Below are positions 11,603 to 20,798 of a stretch of 64,000 nt of DNA, in pieces; position 1 is the stretch's first letter, and the number at the start of each line of letters is the position of its first letter. The DNA is from a phage: sequence record PV874203.1, one strand, 5' to 3'. The notes under the pieces are model-generated. The model searched no databases. It saw only the letters and a list, made by a program, of their open reading frames with translations, and had not been told where the DNA came from. Position numbers and translations under genes: made by a program.

Positions 11603-11758
11603 AGTTCAGCAAGTTCTAAATAAAACTCAGCTTCATCAGGACGTCCTTGTTCATTACAGATGGCGCTCTGGCGATAACACCAATCCGATGGCATCTCTTC
11701 CACTTCAATCTCCTTGTTAAGAACCAATCAATAAGAATAGTTCATTCGTCTTATTTAT

Positions 11759-11953
11759 TCACTCTACCAATGCAGGTACTTCTATCCTTTTAACTGTGAA
11801 TGTTTTGTTTGGAAACTTTCGAACTAACTCTGCTGCTTTGGTTATTGCTAAGTTCTCTGTCTCAAAGATACACAGTTGACCATTTAATGCTACAAGAGTA
11901 GAGCCACCGCTGAAGACGGCCCAAGATTCATAATAACCACGAACACTCATCAC
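11759..11953 (-). CDS. Hypothetical protein
   Basis: 64-aa ORF. Confidence 0.4.
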   Translation of the reverse strand: MMSVRGYYESWAVFSGGSTLVALNGQLCIFETENLAITKAAELVRKFPNKTFTVKRIEVPALVE

Positions 11954-12315
11954 TCAACCTCAATATTATATAAAGATTTTAATGTATCTTTAACCCAAGA
12001 GATTCGTTTTTGGTTCTTATGATGTGCTCTGTTGTCCCTATCTCTGAAGTATTGATCACATCCAAAAGGATAAGTCTTGTCCAAGAATTTATCCTGAGTG
12101 AACATGTTTTTCATATCATCTATATCTAGATGTTTTGTGAAATAATAATACCTCTTATAACAACGGAAGTTGAAACATAATCCATGATCTTCGTTAAACC
12201 AAGGAGGGCACTCCTCTGTTTGAGTTATATGGTAGTATTGGAGGAGGAAGTCCTCCATCCCCCTCTCCTTGAATAAACACCTAAGTGTTCTGTAAACTAT
12301 ATTAGTTTCTTTCAT
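11950..12315 (-). CDS. Hypothetical Cys/His-rich protein
   Basis: Track ORF trimmed to its first ATG; several Cys/His residues. Confidence 0.45.
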   Translation of the reverse strand: MKETNIVYRTLRCLFKERGMEDFLLQYYHITQTEECPPWFNEDHGLCFNFRCYKRYYYFTKHLDIDDMKNMFTQDKFLDKTYPFGCDQYFRDRDNRAHHKNQKRISWVKDTLKSLYNIEVE

Positions 12316-12323
12316 CACCTACC

Positions 12324-12476
12324 TCAATGGGTATGCATCCAATTCAATCCAATCTGACAATCAGATGCCAGAGGACATTCCATGTTCAAATACTCACCAG
12401 CCTTCTTAACACAAAGCTCGGTGTGCTCTTTGAGTTTCTGTACATCGTTACGATTAGCTGAGAACTGACCCTCATC
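12324..12476 (-). CDS. DNA polymerase (family A, T7 gp5-like), exon 2: motif C (DE of HDE) and C-terminus
   Basis: Hand translation gives DEGQFSANRNDVQKL...MECPLASDCQIGLNWMHTH*, paralleling the T7 DNA polymerase C-terminus (HDE... PNWAICH) as I recall it. An in-frame stop sits immediately upstream. Confidence 0.7.
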   Translation of the reverse strand, partial: DEGQFSANRNDVQKLKEHTELCVKKAGEYLNMECPLASDCQIGLNWMHTH

Positions 12477-13083
12477 CATTTATGTTATTCCCAAATTACT
12501 TCGGGTATCGGACTATATCATAACAGCATAGCTAATTTGCTGTTGTTGGCGCTTCGAGGGTTTCCCTGTTAACCCCCTACTCCCGCAGGATAGTCTCTAC
12601 ACTTTCCACTTTCGAATCCATCTACAAGCGATTCCAAAGCTCACACCAAACCTTTCTGCAAGAGCAACACCAGTACATTCATTATTAAGCCAGAACTCTT
12701 TAGCAGCATCCTGTCTTTCTCTGTTTCTACCAGTATTTGATTCTATGGCATGTGCACTACCTTCTAAGATCTCTAGATGATCAGTGTTACAACATGCCCT
12801 ATTCTTGCATTTGTGGTTAACTTCGTAGCCGTCAGGAATGTTTCCAAACTTCTCTTCCATGACATACCTATGATACATGACCCATTTGCCATTTATCACT
12901 TTTCGAAAGTATCCATCTTTATTTAATTTGTGTGAGATAGGGATGATACATCCTGTGCTAGTTGTTTCTAGCACTAGATCTTTCTTAGCCATATCACCTC
13001 CTAATAGCTTAGCTCGGTATTGCCCTCAACTTAATGGTCGGGTTTCACCGAGTTCACCAACTTTTACATGCACAATGAAGTTT
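12477..13083 (-). mobile_element. Putative group I intron interrupting the DNA polymerase gene at motif C, carrying an HNH homing endonuclease ORF
   Basis: 607-nt insert between exon 1 ending ...VIDMH (codon CAU, so U precedes the 5' splice site) and exon 2 starting DE...; last insert nucleotide is G. Exon 1 frame runs into the insert for 9 codons then stops. Boundaries are plus or minus a few nt. Confidence 0.6.
12597..12992 (-). CDS. HNH homing endonuclease (insert-encoded)
   Basis: GYEVNHKCKNRACCNTDHLE motif (HNH_3); lies wholly inside the insert in the polymerase gene. Confidence 0.8.
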   Translation of the reverse strand: MAKKDLVLETTSTGCIIPISHKLNKDGYFRKVINGKWVMYHRYVMEEKFGNIPDGYEVNHKCKNRACCNTDHLEILEGSAHAIESNTGRNRERQDAAKEFWLNNECTGVALAERFGVSFGIACRWIRKWKV

Positions 13084-14775
13084 ATGCATATCAATTACCT
13101 TAGCACAACGAACCTTATCTCTCTCAATCCACTTGTTAAGGAACATCATAGCATATTTCATAACAACAGCACCAGCACATTGCAGGAGAGTGTTAAGTGC
13201 TTTATGAACCATAACCTTACCAGTGGCATCTCGTCTCATTGTAATCTTACGACCATCAACACCAATCAAGTACCCTTGAGCAGCTTTCTCTGTCATACGA
13301 TCAATGAGGATTGCAATACATGGGTTCTCTGCCAAGAAACGTGCTCGCATCACTGAACCTTCGTCAGCCCCACCACCTACAATTGAACCGAGCTTAGCAT
13401 CACCAGCACCATAGTTGAATGCGTAGATAAATGTCTTAGCGTTGTCACGAGTAGGAAGACCAGCAAGTTTCTGGTTGTGGGAGTGTATATCACCTTCAAG
13501 GAGAATATCACGATACATAATAGCAGAAGCTAAACCACGTTCTGCCAGAGCTTTCTTAGCTGGATTGTTTTCTTCTATTGCTTCAGCAAGCATATCCCTA
13601 CACTCTTTAATGAGGTAGTGTGCAAGCATACGCAACTCTAACCCAGAACCATCATACCCCAAGAATACTTCTTTACCAGCGGGTATGTAATATTTGTAAG
13701 CACCTACAGGTTTGTCTTTCTTCCCCGGCTTACCTTTCTCATAAATTACGTTAGTACCTTTTCGTATATAACAACCATCAGGAACAACGTTAGTAATAAC
13801 GAAAGGACGAGAGTGATCATCATCTGAGTTATAGTCAGATTCAAACAAACTGCGACACTCATGACCAAACAAACCACGGGAGGGAATATTAACCACGATA
13901 CGATGTTTGAATCGAAAAGTCGGCGTAGCGCAGCTGTTAGCTTCTGCCGAAAGTTTACCATCTTCGCGCTCCTTTGCTATAAGTCCACTAATAAGACCTA
14001 GCCTGTGAGCCGCTACAACGCGTCTCTTAAGCAAACTTCCGACACTCCCTAGCTCACCCCCTAACCCTTCTTCAAGAGTCTCCTCGAGGTTTGTAGGGGC
14101 TGTAGGCCACTTGTTTGAGGTAGCTAGTGCTATCTTAATCTCATCAAAAGTAATAGGTCTACGTCGGTTAGGATTTAAACCTAAACCAAACACATAAGCC
14201 TTCATGTAGTTCTTAGTTTTAAACCGAAAATGCTTCTCTAAGAACTTTCTAATATCAGCGTCAACCATCTCGGCTGTCTGCTTCTGTTTAGCATTACCTC
14301 GCATCCAAGCTGAATACCATGCTTGGTATGTTCCATACTTTCGCATATCTTTCTTGATTTCAAAAGTATTCCAAGGTTTCTTTGATACATTAAACTCTGG
14401 AGGAAGAAAACCCTCATCCATAAGGGCTTCTTTAACTCGGGCATCTTTCGATGGGTCAAAGGCTACGTACTCTACACAGGTGAATGCTCCACCAATGTCT
14501 TCTCTCTTAAGTCCAACCCTATCACAATAGGCTTGAGGCCACTTCTGTAAAGCTCCAGACTTCTTAAATGGCTTCATATAAGTAGAGCCATCTAATCTCA
14601 TCTTAGGTAAGAGAGGAATCAGTTCTTTGTCAATATTAACAATAATCTCTTTAAGGAGGTGAACATACCACCGAGCATTTCTTCGGTTGAAACTCACTCC
14701 GTGCTTCGCTTGCTTAGAGATTATATCAGCGACAGTCATCTCTGTCAAAAATGGGAGAGCGTCCGGGTTGCTCAC
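13084..14775 (-). CDS. DNA polymerase (family A, T7 gp5-like), exon 1: polymerase domain through motif B, no 3'-5' exonuclease domain
   Basis: Motif A GYDGSGLELRMLAHY, motif B RDNAKTFIYAFNYGAG, and ALNTLLQCAGA segment parallel T7 gp5. Track ORF ends at 13054 after reading 9 codons into the insert. Confidence 0.85.
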
Positions 14776-14791
14776 TTTATACTCCTTTAAA

Positions 14792-15214
14792 TTATTGGTA
14801 AAGTAAATCTGTAAATGCTTGGTTATCTTCTATCACATCTAACACGGTAGCTTCATAGCTGTAAGCCCTAACCGCCCCGTTAACAACTATCCGAGGAGTA
14901 GGTGGAGGTGGTGCATGGTTAGTCCTAGCTTCACGAGGTTGCTCTCGTACTAAATGAGCCACAACCCTTTGGTTAGCGACTTCTTCTCTTTCTCGGATAG
15001 CTCTCTGAATGTAAGCTAACTTCATACCCCAAGCTTCTTCAAACTCTTGAGGGTGCTTATCACTGATTACTACATACTGACGCTCAGGGATACCAGATCG
15101 AATCTCTGATAATAGCTCATGGAACAAATCCAGTTCATGTTCAGTGAGATTCATTTCAATATCATCCCACTTGAGAACTAAGAAACGGTTTTGATGTCTA
15201 GTCGGTAATGGCAT
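14792..15214 (-). CDS. Hypothetical protein
   Basis: 140-aa ORF upstream of the polymerase gene. Confidence 0.45.
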   Translation of the reverse strand: MPLPTRHQNRFLVLKWDDIEMNLTEHELDLFHELLSEIRSGIPERQYVVISDKHPQEFEEAWGMKLAYIQRAIREREEVANQRVVAHLVREQPREARTNHAPPPPTPRIVVNGAVRAYSYEATVLDVIEDNQAFTDLLYQ

Positions 15215-15371
15215 TCTACTCCACCTCTACTCTAACGTAAGTTCTCTCGCCCACATCATCTTTCCAGACCCATGCCTTGGCATCTTCTTCAGACTTAAAA
15301 ACTTTCACAACGATGTATCCACCTTCCCATTCATCACCGCTCTGTCCTACGTAAACATATTCTTTCATTAT

Positions 15372-15656
15372 TTAACCTTTTGGGAATGGCATTAAAGATT
15401 CCATAGCATTTTTGATATCACTATTGATTCGTGCATCTCGATAAGAGATAAACTTACCTTTGCTATCACGGAACGTCACATGAGTTCTGGCTGTTTCGTA
15501 AGGAAGTAATCTAACACTGGTTGGGATAACATCAATCTCCACATAGAACTTGTCAATAGTCTTACTCTTAGCTAACAGATAAGACCAAGTACGTGGTTTC
15601 TGATCTGGGCGATTTGGGTATGTGTCTCGAATCTGAACCATAGCTAACTTATTCAT
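15372..15656 (-). CDS. Hypothetical protein, paralog of adjacent ORF
   Basis: Shares ...DGKFISY...E(N/S)L(I/M)PFPKG C-terminal motif with 15658..15909. Confidence 0.5.
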   Translation of the reverse strand: MNKLAMVQIRDTYPNRPDQKPRTWSYLLAKSKTIDKFYVEIDVIPTSVRLLPYETARTHVTFRDSKGKFISYRDARINSDIKNAMESLMPFPKG

Positions 15657-15657
15657 A

Positions 15658-15909
15658 TTAAACTCCTTTAGGGAATGGGATGAGGTTTTCTACTGCAACA
15701 CGGAAATCTTTCTCTACATCTTTATTCTTATAAGAAATGAATTTACCATCAGCACCACGTAGGATTACGTTAGTACGAGCTGTTTTTGGGTTATGACTAA
15801 TCTGGTTTGCAATGATATTAGCAATGCCGTGATTATTGGTGAACTTCCATTTAACCATACGATTGTTAGACATTACATCAATGATATTTACAGATTTTAC
15901 AATAGACAT
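15658..15909 (-). CDS. Hypothetical protein, paralog of adjacent ORF
   Basis: Tandem duplicate of 15372..15656 by shared motifs. Confidence 0.5.
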   Translation of the reverse strand: MSIVKSVNIIDVMSNNRMVKWKFTNNHGIANIIANQISHNPKTARTNVILRGADGKFISYKNKDVEKDFRVAVENLIPFPKGV

Positions 15910-15977
15910 ATTTATTACCTAAGAAGTTTAATTTGGTTTATATAAAAGAAAAGGCCACCCATTTGGGTAGCCTTATA

Positions 15978-16301
15978 TTACGATGAGCTTAAAGCTCCTT
16001 TTCGCTTAGCAGCACCAGCTGCTTTTCCAGCTCGATTACCACTTTTGCCGCCGTTTGAACGGTTTGAGCTGACTGATTCAATACGTAAGTTGCTTGACGC
16101 ATTAGAGCCTCCAGACTTGACAGCTCGTTTGTGTCCAACATCTTTACCTCTGACAGCAGCTTTTCCATCGCGCTTTTCAACGATGCGACGTGCACGGTGG
16201 CGCTGAGCATCTCCGCTCTTGCTCCCAACGCCTGTCTCACCACGGGCAATTGCGGTACGTCTTTCTTGTGCATAATCTCTCTTTCCTACATGATCTGCCA
16301 T
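15978..16301 (-). CDS. Hypothetical basic Gly/Ser/Arg/Lys-rich protein (possible nucleic-acid-binding)
   Basis: ATG with AAGGAG 6 nt upstream and the TAATGTATA motif about 40 nt upstream. An alternative overlapping frame (15989..16273) exists. Confidence 0.4.
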   Translation of the reverse strand: MADHVGKRDYAQERRTAIARGETGVGSKSGDAQRHRARRIVEKRDGKAAVRGKDVGHKRAVKSGGSNASSNLRIESVSSNRSNGGKSGNRAGKAAGAAKRKGALSSS

Positions 16302-16337
16302 TTAAAACTCCTTAATATATCAGTGTACACTAAGGAG

Positions 16338-16346
16338 TATACATTA
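16338..16346 (-). promoter_or_regulatory. TAATGTATA motif (putative promoter element)
   Basis: Minus-strand CCATAATGTATACTCC about 40 nt upstream of the ATG at 16301. Confidence 0.35.
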
Positions 16347-16355
16347 TGGATGCTA

Positions 16356-16721
16356 TTAAAACTCTGCTAAGTATTTAATATCAGAGGCATATACCTCATC
16401 AAAGGAAATAACTTCTCCATTGTAAAGAAGTTCTATCTTCAATATACCAGAGCATTTGGTGTCTTTAGAATCAACCCTGATAGAGAGTTTATCAACTATC
16501 TGAGCTTTAATCTCTTCTATTTCTGGCTCTTGAGTATACTCACTCCACCCTCCCGGTGGTACAAAATCATCGGGAACGTCAATGATAGTAGGTTCTCCAT
16601 CATTCATGCAGGTATCTTCATTGAACTCTTCACACTCAAAGCATGCTCGTTCGATATTTTTGTAGAAGTCGATGGTTGCTGAACCATCACCACAATCTCG
16701 GATAACTAAAGCGACTTGCAT
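16356..16721 (-). CDS. Hypothetical protein
   Basis: 121-aa acidic Cys-containing ORF. Confidence 0.45.
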   Translation of the reverse strand: MQVALVIRDCGDGSATIDFYKNIERACFECEEFNEDTCMNDGEPTIIDVPDDFVPPGGWSEYTQEPEIEEIKAQIVDKLSIRVDSKDTKCSGILKIELLYNGEVISFDEVYASDIKYLAEF

Positions 16722-17461
16722 TTATCTTGTTCCTTTTCCATAGCTTTAACAATGGCCTTACAGAAACCAGAACGAACAATGTCATCCGATTCTCCGTCTA
16801 CAATCTCAGCGAACTCATATAGATCATGTTCATCAATAAAGTTAGTAGCCCAAGTAAGACCACTCTCACGACCACGCATATCATGCTGGTTAGTATCACC
16901 CATGCAGAACAGCTGAGAGGTTTCTCCCAATCTAGTCATGATTGAGAAGGCTTCATCTTTAGTGGTGTTCTGGAACTCATCAACGATAACGATAGCATCA
17001 TTGAAAGAACGACCACGGAGATATTCCAGAGGTACAAATTCAATGTTACTGTTACCGAGCTGGCATTCATAGAATCCCTTACCGTATCGCTGAGTAATAA
17101 CATCAATGATAGGCATCAGATAAGGTTCAAACTTCTCGCGCATTCCTCCCGGAAGTAAGCCAAGAGAGTTACCCATGCCGACCGAAGGGCGACTCAGGAT
17201 GATCTTCTGAATCTTACCACTCTTCAGTGCATCAATAACCGTGGAAGTGATTACAAAGGTCTTACCACAGCCCGCAGGAGCGTCTGTGAACACAACTTGC
17301 TTAGTCTTGATAGCATTGAGCAGCTCAGACTGGAACTGGTTCTGAGGGACTACAGGCTTTGCTAAAACCACCTCTTCAAACTCTCGCTTACCCTTACGAG
17401 TGACAAGTGCTTCCCGACGAAGGTCTTTCCGTGATTCTTTCCGTGATTGACGACGACTCAT
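16706..17461 (-). CDS. phoH: PhoH-like ATPase
   Basis: Walker A DAPAGCGKTF plus characteristic PhoH segments (GNS-GLLPG, EF-PLEYLRGRS, IVDEFQN, MGDTNQHD). Confidence 0.8.
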   Translation of the reverse strand: MSRRQSRKESRKDLRREALVTRKGKREFEEVVLAKPVVPQNQFQSELLNAIKTKQVVFTDAPAGCGKTFVITSTVIDALKSGKIQKIILSRPSVGMGNSLGLLPGGMREKFEPYLMPIIDVITQRYGKGFYECQLGNSNIEFVPLEYLRGRSFNDAIVIVDEFQNTTKDEAFSIMTRLGETSQLFCMGDTNQHDMRGRESGLTWATNFIDEHDLYEFAEIVDGESDDIVRSGFCKAIVKAMEKEQDKCKSL

Positions 17462-17655
17462 TTACGCTCTCCAATTTCTTCGTAATGACATTCAGTAGTT
17501 AAACAATCTTTACAGATTGCTGTGTAAACCCTGACGTTAGTAAATCGTTTGTTCTTCCCTTTGGTTGGAGAGCCTTTAGCAAGCTCTCTGATAACCTTGT
17601 TACTTAAATGAAGGTTTGTCCCTTCACATCTAGAGCACTTCACCACAATGTCCAT
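17458..17655 (-). CDS. Hypothetical zinc-ribbon protein
   Basis: CSRC ... CKDC pairs in a 65-aa ORF. Confidence 0.4.
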   Translation of the reverse strand: MDIVVKCSRCEGTNLHLSNKVIRELAKGSPTKGKNKRFTNVRVYTAICKDCLTTECHYEEIGERK

Positions 17656-17840
17656 TCAGTAAGAGACCACAGAGAGTCACCTATGCGGGCATTGTCATTC
17701 CTGATGAGATCTTTAATTTTATCCACATCAGTTAAGTGTGTTACGTTCAAGATATCCTTAACCTCTGGGGCATATTTAAATATGGCAACAATACTTTTAT
17801 GATCTTCAGCATATCTTTCTAGAACATAAACTACGCTCAT
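17640..17840 (-). CDS. Hypothetical protein
   Basis: 66-aa ORF. Confidence 0.4.
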   Translation of the reverse strand: MSVVYVLERYAEDHKSIVAIFKYAPEVKDILNVTHLTDVDKIKDLIRNDNARIGDSLWSLTEWTLW

Positions 17841-18160
17841 GCGACGTTAGCCTCTTTATGAAGTCTGTAAACAGCTGTCGCCATACAAGCAACAGCCTCA
17901 TTGTGTGGGAGATGCATCCCTGTAGAACCATCCCAATCTTTGAACTCATTGTCAAAGACTCCGGTAGGCTCTGGATATAAGGCTTGCAACTCAACCAAAT
18001 CATTAGCAACTTGTTGCCATTTATCATCAGACCAGATAGGGTCATCCAACCAGTAATACAAATAGGAATGGATGATCAATTGCCTTCTGTGCCGATTGAT
18101 TACTTCAGCGGGACTTATCTCACTTCCATTTGAAGTCCTAAATGTATCACTGTCAATCAT
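17837..18160 (-). CDS. Hypothetical protein resembling the N-terminal domain Ia of NAD-dependent DNA ligase
   Basis: LIIHSYLYYWLDDPIWSDDKW...LVELQALYPEP parallels the LigA N-terminal pattern (HH-YLYHV-D-P-I-D-EYD...LE...PE). Only about 107 aa, no adenylation domain. Confidence 0.35.
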   Translation of the reverse strand: MIDSDTFRTSNGSEISPAEVINRHRRQLIIHSYLYYWLDDPIWSDDKWQQVANDLVELQALYPEPTGVFDNEFKDWDGSTGMHLPHNEAVACMATAVYRLHKEANVA

Positions 18161-18162
18161 GA

Positions 18163-18819
18163 TTACTTATTCCAAGTAGTTGATAAGGCTTTCCAAGAGA
18201 TAGGATAAAGTTTCTTCATCTCTTCGTCAATAGTTTGTGCAAACAAACGAACTTCATATTGAGCGTGTTCTGATAGGCGTTGACGACATACTTCTGACCA
18301 GCCGTATAAGGATCCAGTCCAGATCCACTCTGTCGTCATTCCCTGAGGTAGGACAAACCGAGCTTGCTCAGGAGCAATTAGGTCAATCAATTTTTCATAA
18401 TTGCTAACAGCTACTTCATACGCCTCATTAATCAATGTGAGAGCCTCTACACGGGCTTCATCTTGTAAGATGATACCAGAACCCTTATGAAGGTCATCAG
18501 GTCGGGAGAAGATCTCTTGTGGGATAAATACCTCAACACCATCATCCTTGTACCTGCGGCTTTTCTCATTCCAGCTAAACCCTGATTGATGCTTCCCAAG
18601 TTGACGAGCGATGGCAATAGGAGCTACACAGCGGAAGGTTACTTGTGGGTGCCTAAAAGGAGTCACATGTTTTTCACGAGCAAGAAAGTTGATGAGACGC
18701 TCATCACGCTCATTTAAATCACCTTCACGGGTTACACCAAAGGATACACGAGCTGCATTAACAACGGTTTTATCCGAGCCCATTGCTTCTACTAATGTTA
18801 CTTTTAACTGATCAGACAT
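18163..18819 (-). CDS. thyX: Putative flavin-dependent thymidylate synthase (ThyX-like)
   Basis: Size and a KH-x7-S-RRY segment resembling the ThyX RHR-x7-S signature; not a perfect match. Confidence 0.5.
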   Translation of the reverse strand: MSDQLKVTLVEAMGSDKTVVNAARVSFGVTREGDLNERDERLINFLAREKHVTPFRHPQVTFRCVAPIAIARQLGKHQSGFSWNEKSRRYKDDGVEVFIPQEIFSRPDDLHKGSGIILQDEARVEALTLINEAYEVAVSNYEKLIDLIAPEQARFVLPQGMTTEWIWTGSLYGWSEVCRQRLSEHAQYEVRLFAQTIDEEMKKLYPISWKALSTTWNK

Positions 18820-18831
18820 TGATTATCCTTG

Positions 18832-19107
18832 TTATTTATTATTCAGAGCTGTATCTAAAAATGCTTTCAGGTTTGCTTCAGTCTGCATACCAGAGAGGCT
18901 GTAATGTGCACCACTGTTACGGTCAGGTACAACAAAAGCAGGGATGCTTCGTACACCATATTTAACAGCTTGTTCACGACCATCACCTTCAAGGATGTTA
19001 ATCTCTTCCACTTCTACATCAAACTCCTTAACAACCTTCTCAAAGGTAGGAGCCATTGCTTTACATGGAGCACACTGATCACTATAAAACTTAATTACTT
19101 TAGACAT
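18832..19107 (-). CDS. Thioredoxin
   Basis: CAPC active site in a 91-aa protein with thioredoxin-like flanking sequence. Confidence 0.8.
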   Translation of the reverse strand: MSKVIKFYSDQCAPCKAMAPTFEKVVKEFDVEVEEINILEGDGREQAVKYGVRSIPAFVVPDRNSGAHYSLSGMQTEANLKAFLDTALNNK

Positions 19108-19115
19108 GTAAATCC

Positions 19116-19295
19116 TTATGCAGTCAGGAGGTGAAGAATGAATGGGATAACAACAGCTACGACAACCATAATGGTTGATGCTGTTTGAATCTCACCTTTC
19201 TTGTCAGGGGTTTCTTCAATAAGCTTACCAGAAGCCCAATAAATACCACCACCAATAAAGATAGCCCAAATACCCCATACGATTGCTGATAACAT
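19116..19295 (-). CDS. Hypothetical small membrane protein (59 aa, two predicted TM helices)
   Basis: Sub-threshold ORF found by hand (MLSAIVWGIWAIFIGGGIYWASG...VVVAVVIPFILHLL). Confidence 0.35.
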   Translation of the reverse strand: MLSAIVWGIWAIFIGGGIYWASGKLIEETPDKKGEIQTASTIMVVVAVVIPFILHLLTA

Positions 19296-19352
19296 ATATC
19301 TATATCCTTATAAAGAGAAAACCCCGTCTATTCCTAGACAGGGCTTGAGTTT

Positions 19353-19916
19353 TTAGTAAGACACATCACCACTTGAGTGGGACATGTTGCTCTTGACGAA
19401 GTAGCAATACTTGCCGAGACCTTCATTGATTTCTTGAAGCATACTCTGATCAACTGGATAGGTGGCTAAATCACCATCAAACTCATCCATCTTCTCAATA
19501 ATACACATCAAGGTCATGCACATATCAGAGAGCATACCGTCCATATCTAGGTCAGCATTACCTTCTGAGAACCAAGCATGAGAAAGATAATTGGCTGCTG
19601 TAGCGTCCACTTTAACACAGTGGTAACGCATACGTTCAGCAATACGATCTCCTACTTGTCGTGCGTAATCTTCCAGCTCATCAAACATACCATGAACACC
19701 CTGAAATCCTGCACCAGAGACGTTCCAGTGGTAGTTTTTAGCTTTGATATGCAAGAGTTCCATGTTAGCTTGTAAGCAGCTCAGGATGTGTTCTAGGCTG
19801 TTTCCACTAATCATACCCTGCATAGTTTCAAGGCGAGAGATTGAAAGCTCAGATCGGTCTAACATGTTATATTCTGCACGACCGATTTCAGGTAAATCAA
19901 AGACATTCTTATGCAT
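19353..19916 (-). CDS. Dps/ferritin-like protein
   Basis: KAKNYHWNVSGAGFQGVHGMFDELEDYARQVGDRIAERM matches the Dps helix A/B ferroxidase-region pattern; length about 187 aa. Confidence 0.55.
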   Translation of the reverse strand: MHKNVFDLPEIGRAEYNMLDRSELSISRLETMQGMISGNSLEHILSCLQANMELLHIKAKNYHWNVSGAGFQGVHGMFDELEDYARQVGDRIAERMRYHCVKVDATAANYLSHAWFSEGNADLDMDGMLSDMCMTLMCIIEKMDEFDGDLATYPVDQSMLQEINEGLGKYCYFVKSNMSHSSGDVSY

Positions 19917-20403
19917 TATATTCCCTCCAAGTTTGATTAAGTAGAGCTTTTGACATCACTTGCTGAGAGACACCAAAACGTCTTGCAAGGGCAGAGCCTC
20001 CAAACTCTTTATCTCGAGGGATATAGACTCTCCTACAGTACTCTACATCTTCTAGAGTAAGTTTAGACTGTGGATTGTCTTCTCCAAACCTCTGTACCAT
20101 CAGACCTAATGATGATGCATGTTGAGAGTTTTCTCGGTGGGTACACCATTCAAGATTATCTTTATGATTGTTAAGTTTATTGCCATCCTTATGGTTGACA
20201 CATGGAAGATTATCAGGGTTCGGTATGTACTTACTAGCAACCAGCCTGTGGACATAGAAATTCTTTAATCCTTCAGGAAAGTAAATAGTAACTCTGTAAT
20301 AGGCACCATTAGTGTGGAGGGTTAAAAACCTTCCACTCTTTATAGTAAATACTCTACCATCTTCTGTTACATCAATCTTCCCTTCCAATTCTTTTGGAAT
20401 CAC
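19909..20403 (-). CDS. HNH homing endonuclease
   Basis: YVHRLVASKYI...VNHKDGNKLNNHKDNLEWCTHRENSQH (HNH_3). Confidence 0.8.
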   Translation of the reverse strand: MIPKELEGKIDVTEDGRVFTIKSGRFLTLHTNGAYYRVTIYFPEGLKNFYVHRLVASKYIPNPDNLPCVNHKDGNKLNNHKDNLEWCTHRENSQHASSLGLMVQRFGEDNPQSKLTLEDVEYCRRVYIPRDKEFGGSALARRFGVSQQVMSKALLNQTWREYNA

Positions 20404-20726
20404 TTAGGGTCTTCTCCTTCTAACTCAGTAGAGTTTGCTACATTTCTTTCTAGATTGCTTAGAATTTGCTGGGTAATTACGATGCAGTTCTGTGGGTCTA
20501 CTGACTTAGAACGCCCCATTTCAGGGTCATACACCTTAACACGCTTAGCAGTTGAACCTGTGACCTGAAGAACCTTCAACAGATATCCCTGATTACCGAT
20601 AGACCAAGCAACAACATCACGATTCTTGATAAAGCGACCAAGCATATCACGATGATAAAACTGTTGCATCACCTTGGATTTTGTAATCTCTTCAGTGGGC
20701 GGGGCCACTTTACTCAAATCTAACAT
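20400..20726 (-). CDS. Hypothetical protein
   Basis: 108-aa ORF. Confidence 0.45.
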   Translation of the reverse strand: MLDLSKVAPPTEEITKSKVMQQFYHRDMLGRFIKNRDVVAWSIGNQGYLLKVLQVTGSTAKRVKVYDPEMGRSKSVDPQNCIVITQQILSNLERNVANSTELEGEDPK

Positions 20727-20798
20727 AACTCTCTCCTGTAAAATACAAATTCTTATTGTACTCTATATACATTTGAGAGTTATCATATCTACTACCAA

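Noticed and set aside
13054-13083. Polymerase exon 1 tail KLHCACKSW as the genuine C-terminus
   Set aside because: It replaces the essential DE of motif C; the correct DE... continuation is found downstream after the HNH ORF, so these 9 codons are read-through into the insert.
12877-13356. Plus-strand 159-aa ORF antisense to the polymerase and HNH genes
   Set aside because: Lies antisense within well-supported minus-strand genes, has no RBS and no recognisable domain; likely spurious. The same applies to 27012..27608, 23044..23346, 31684..32001 and 45971..46438.
15989-16273. Alternative-frame 94-aa ORF overlapping 15978..16301
   Set aside because: The 15978..16301 frame has a strong RBS and an upstream promoter-like motif; the alternative has neither. 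Retained only as a caveat.
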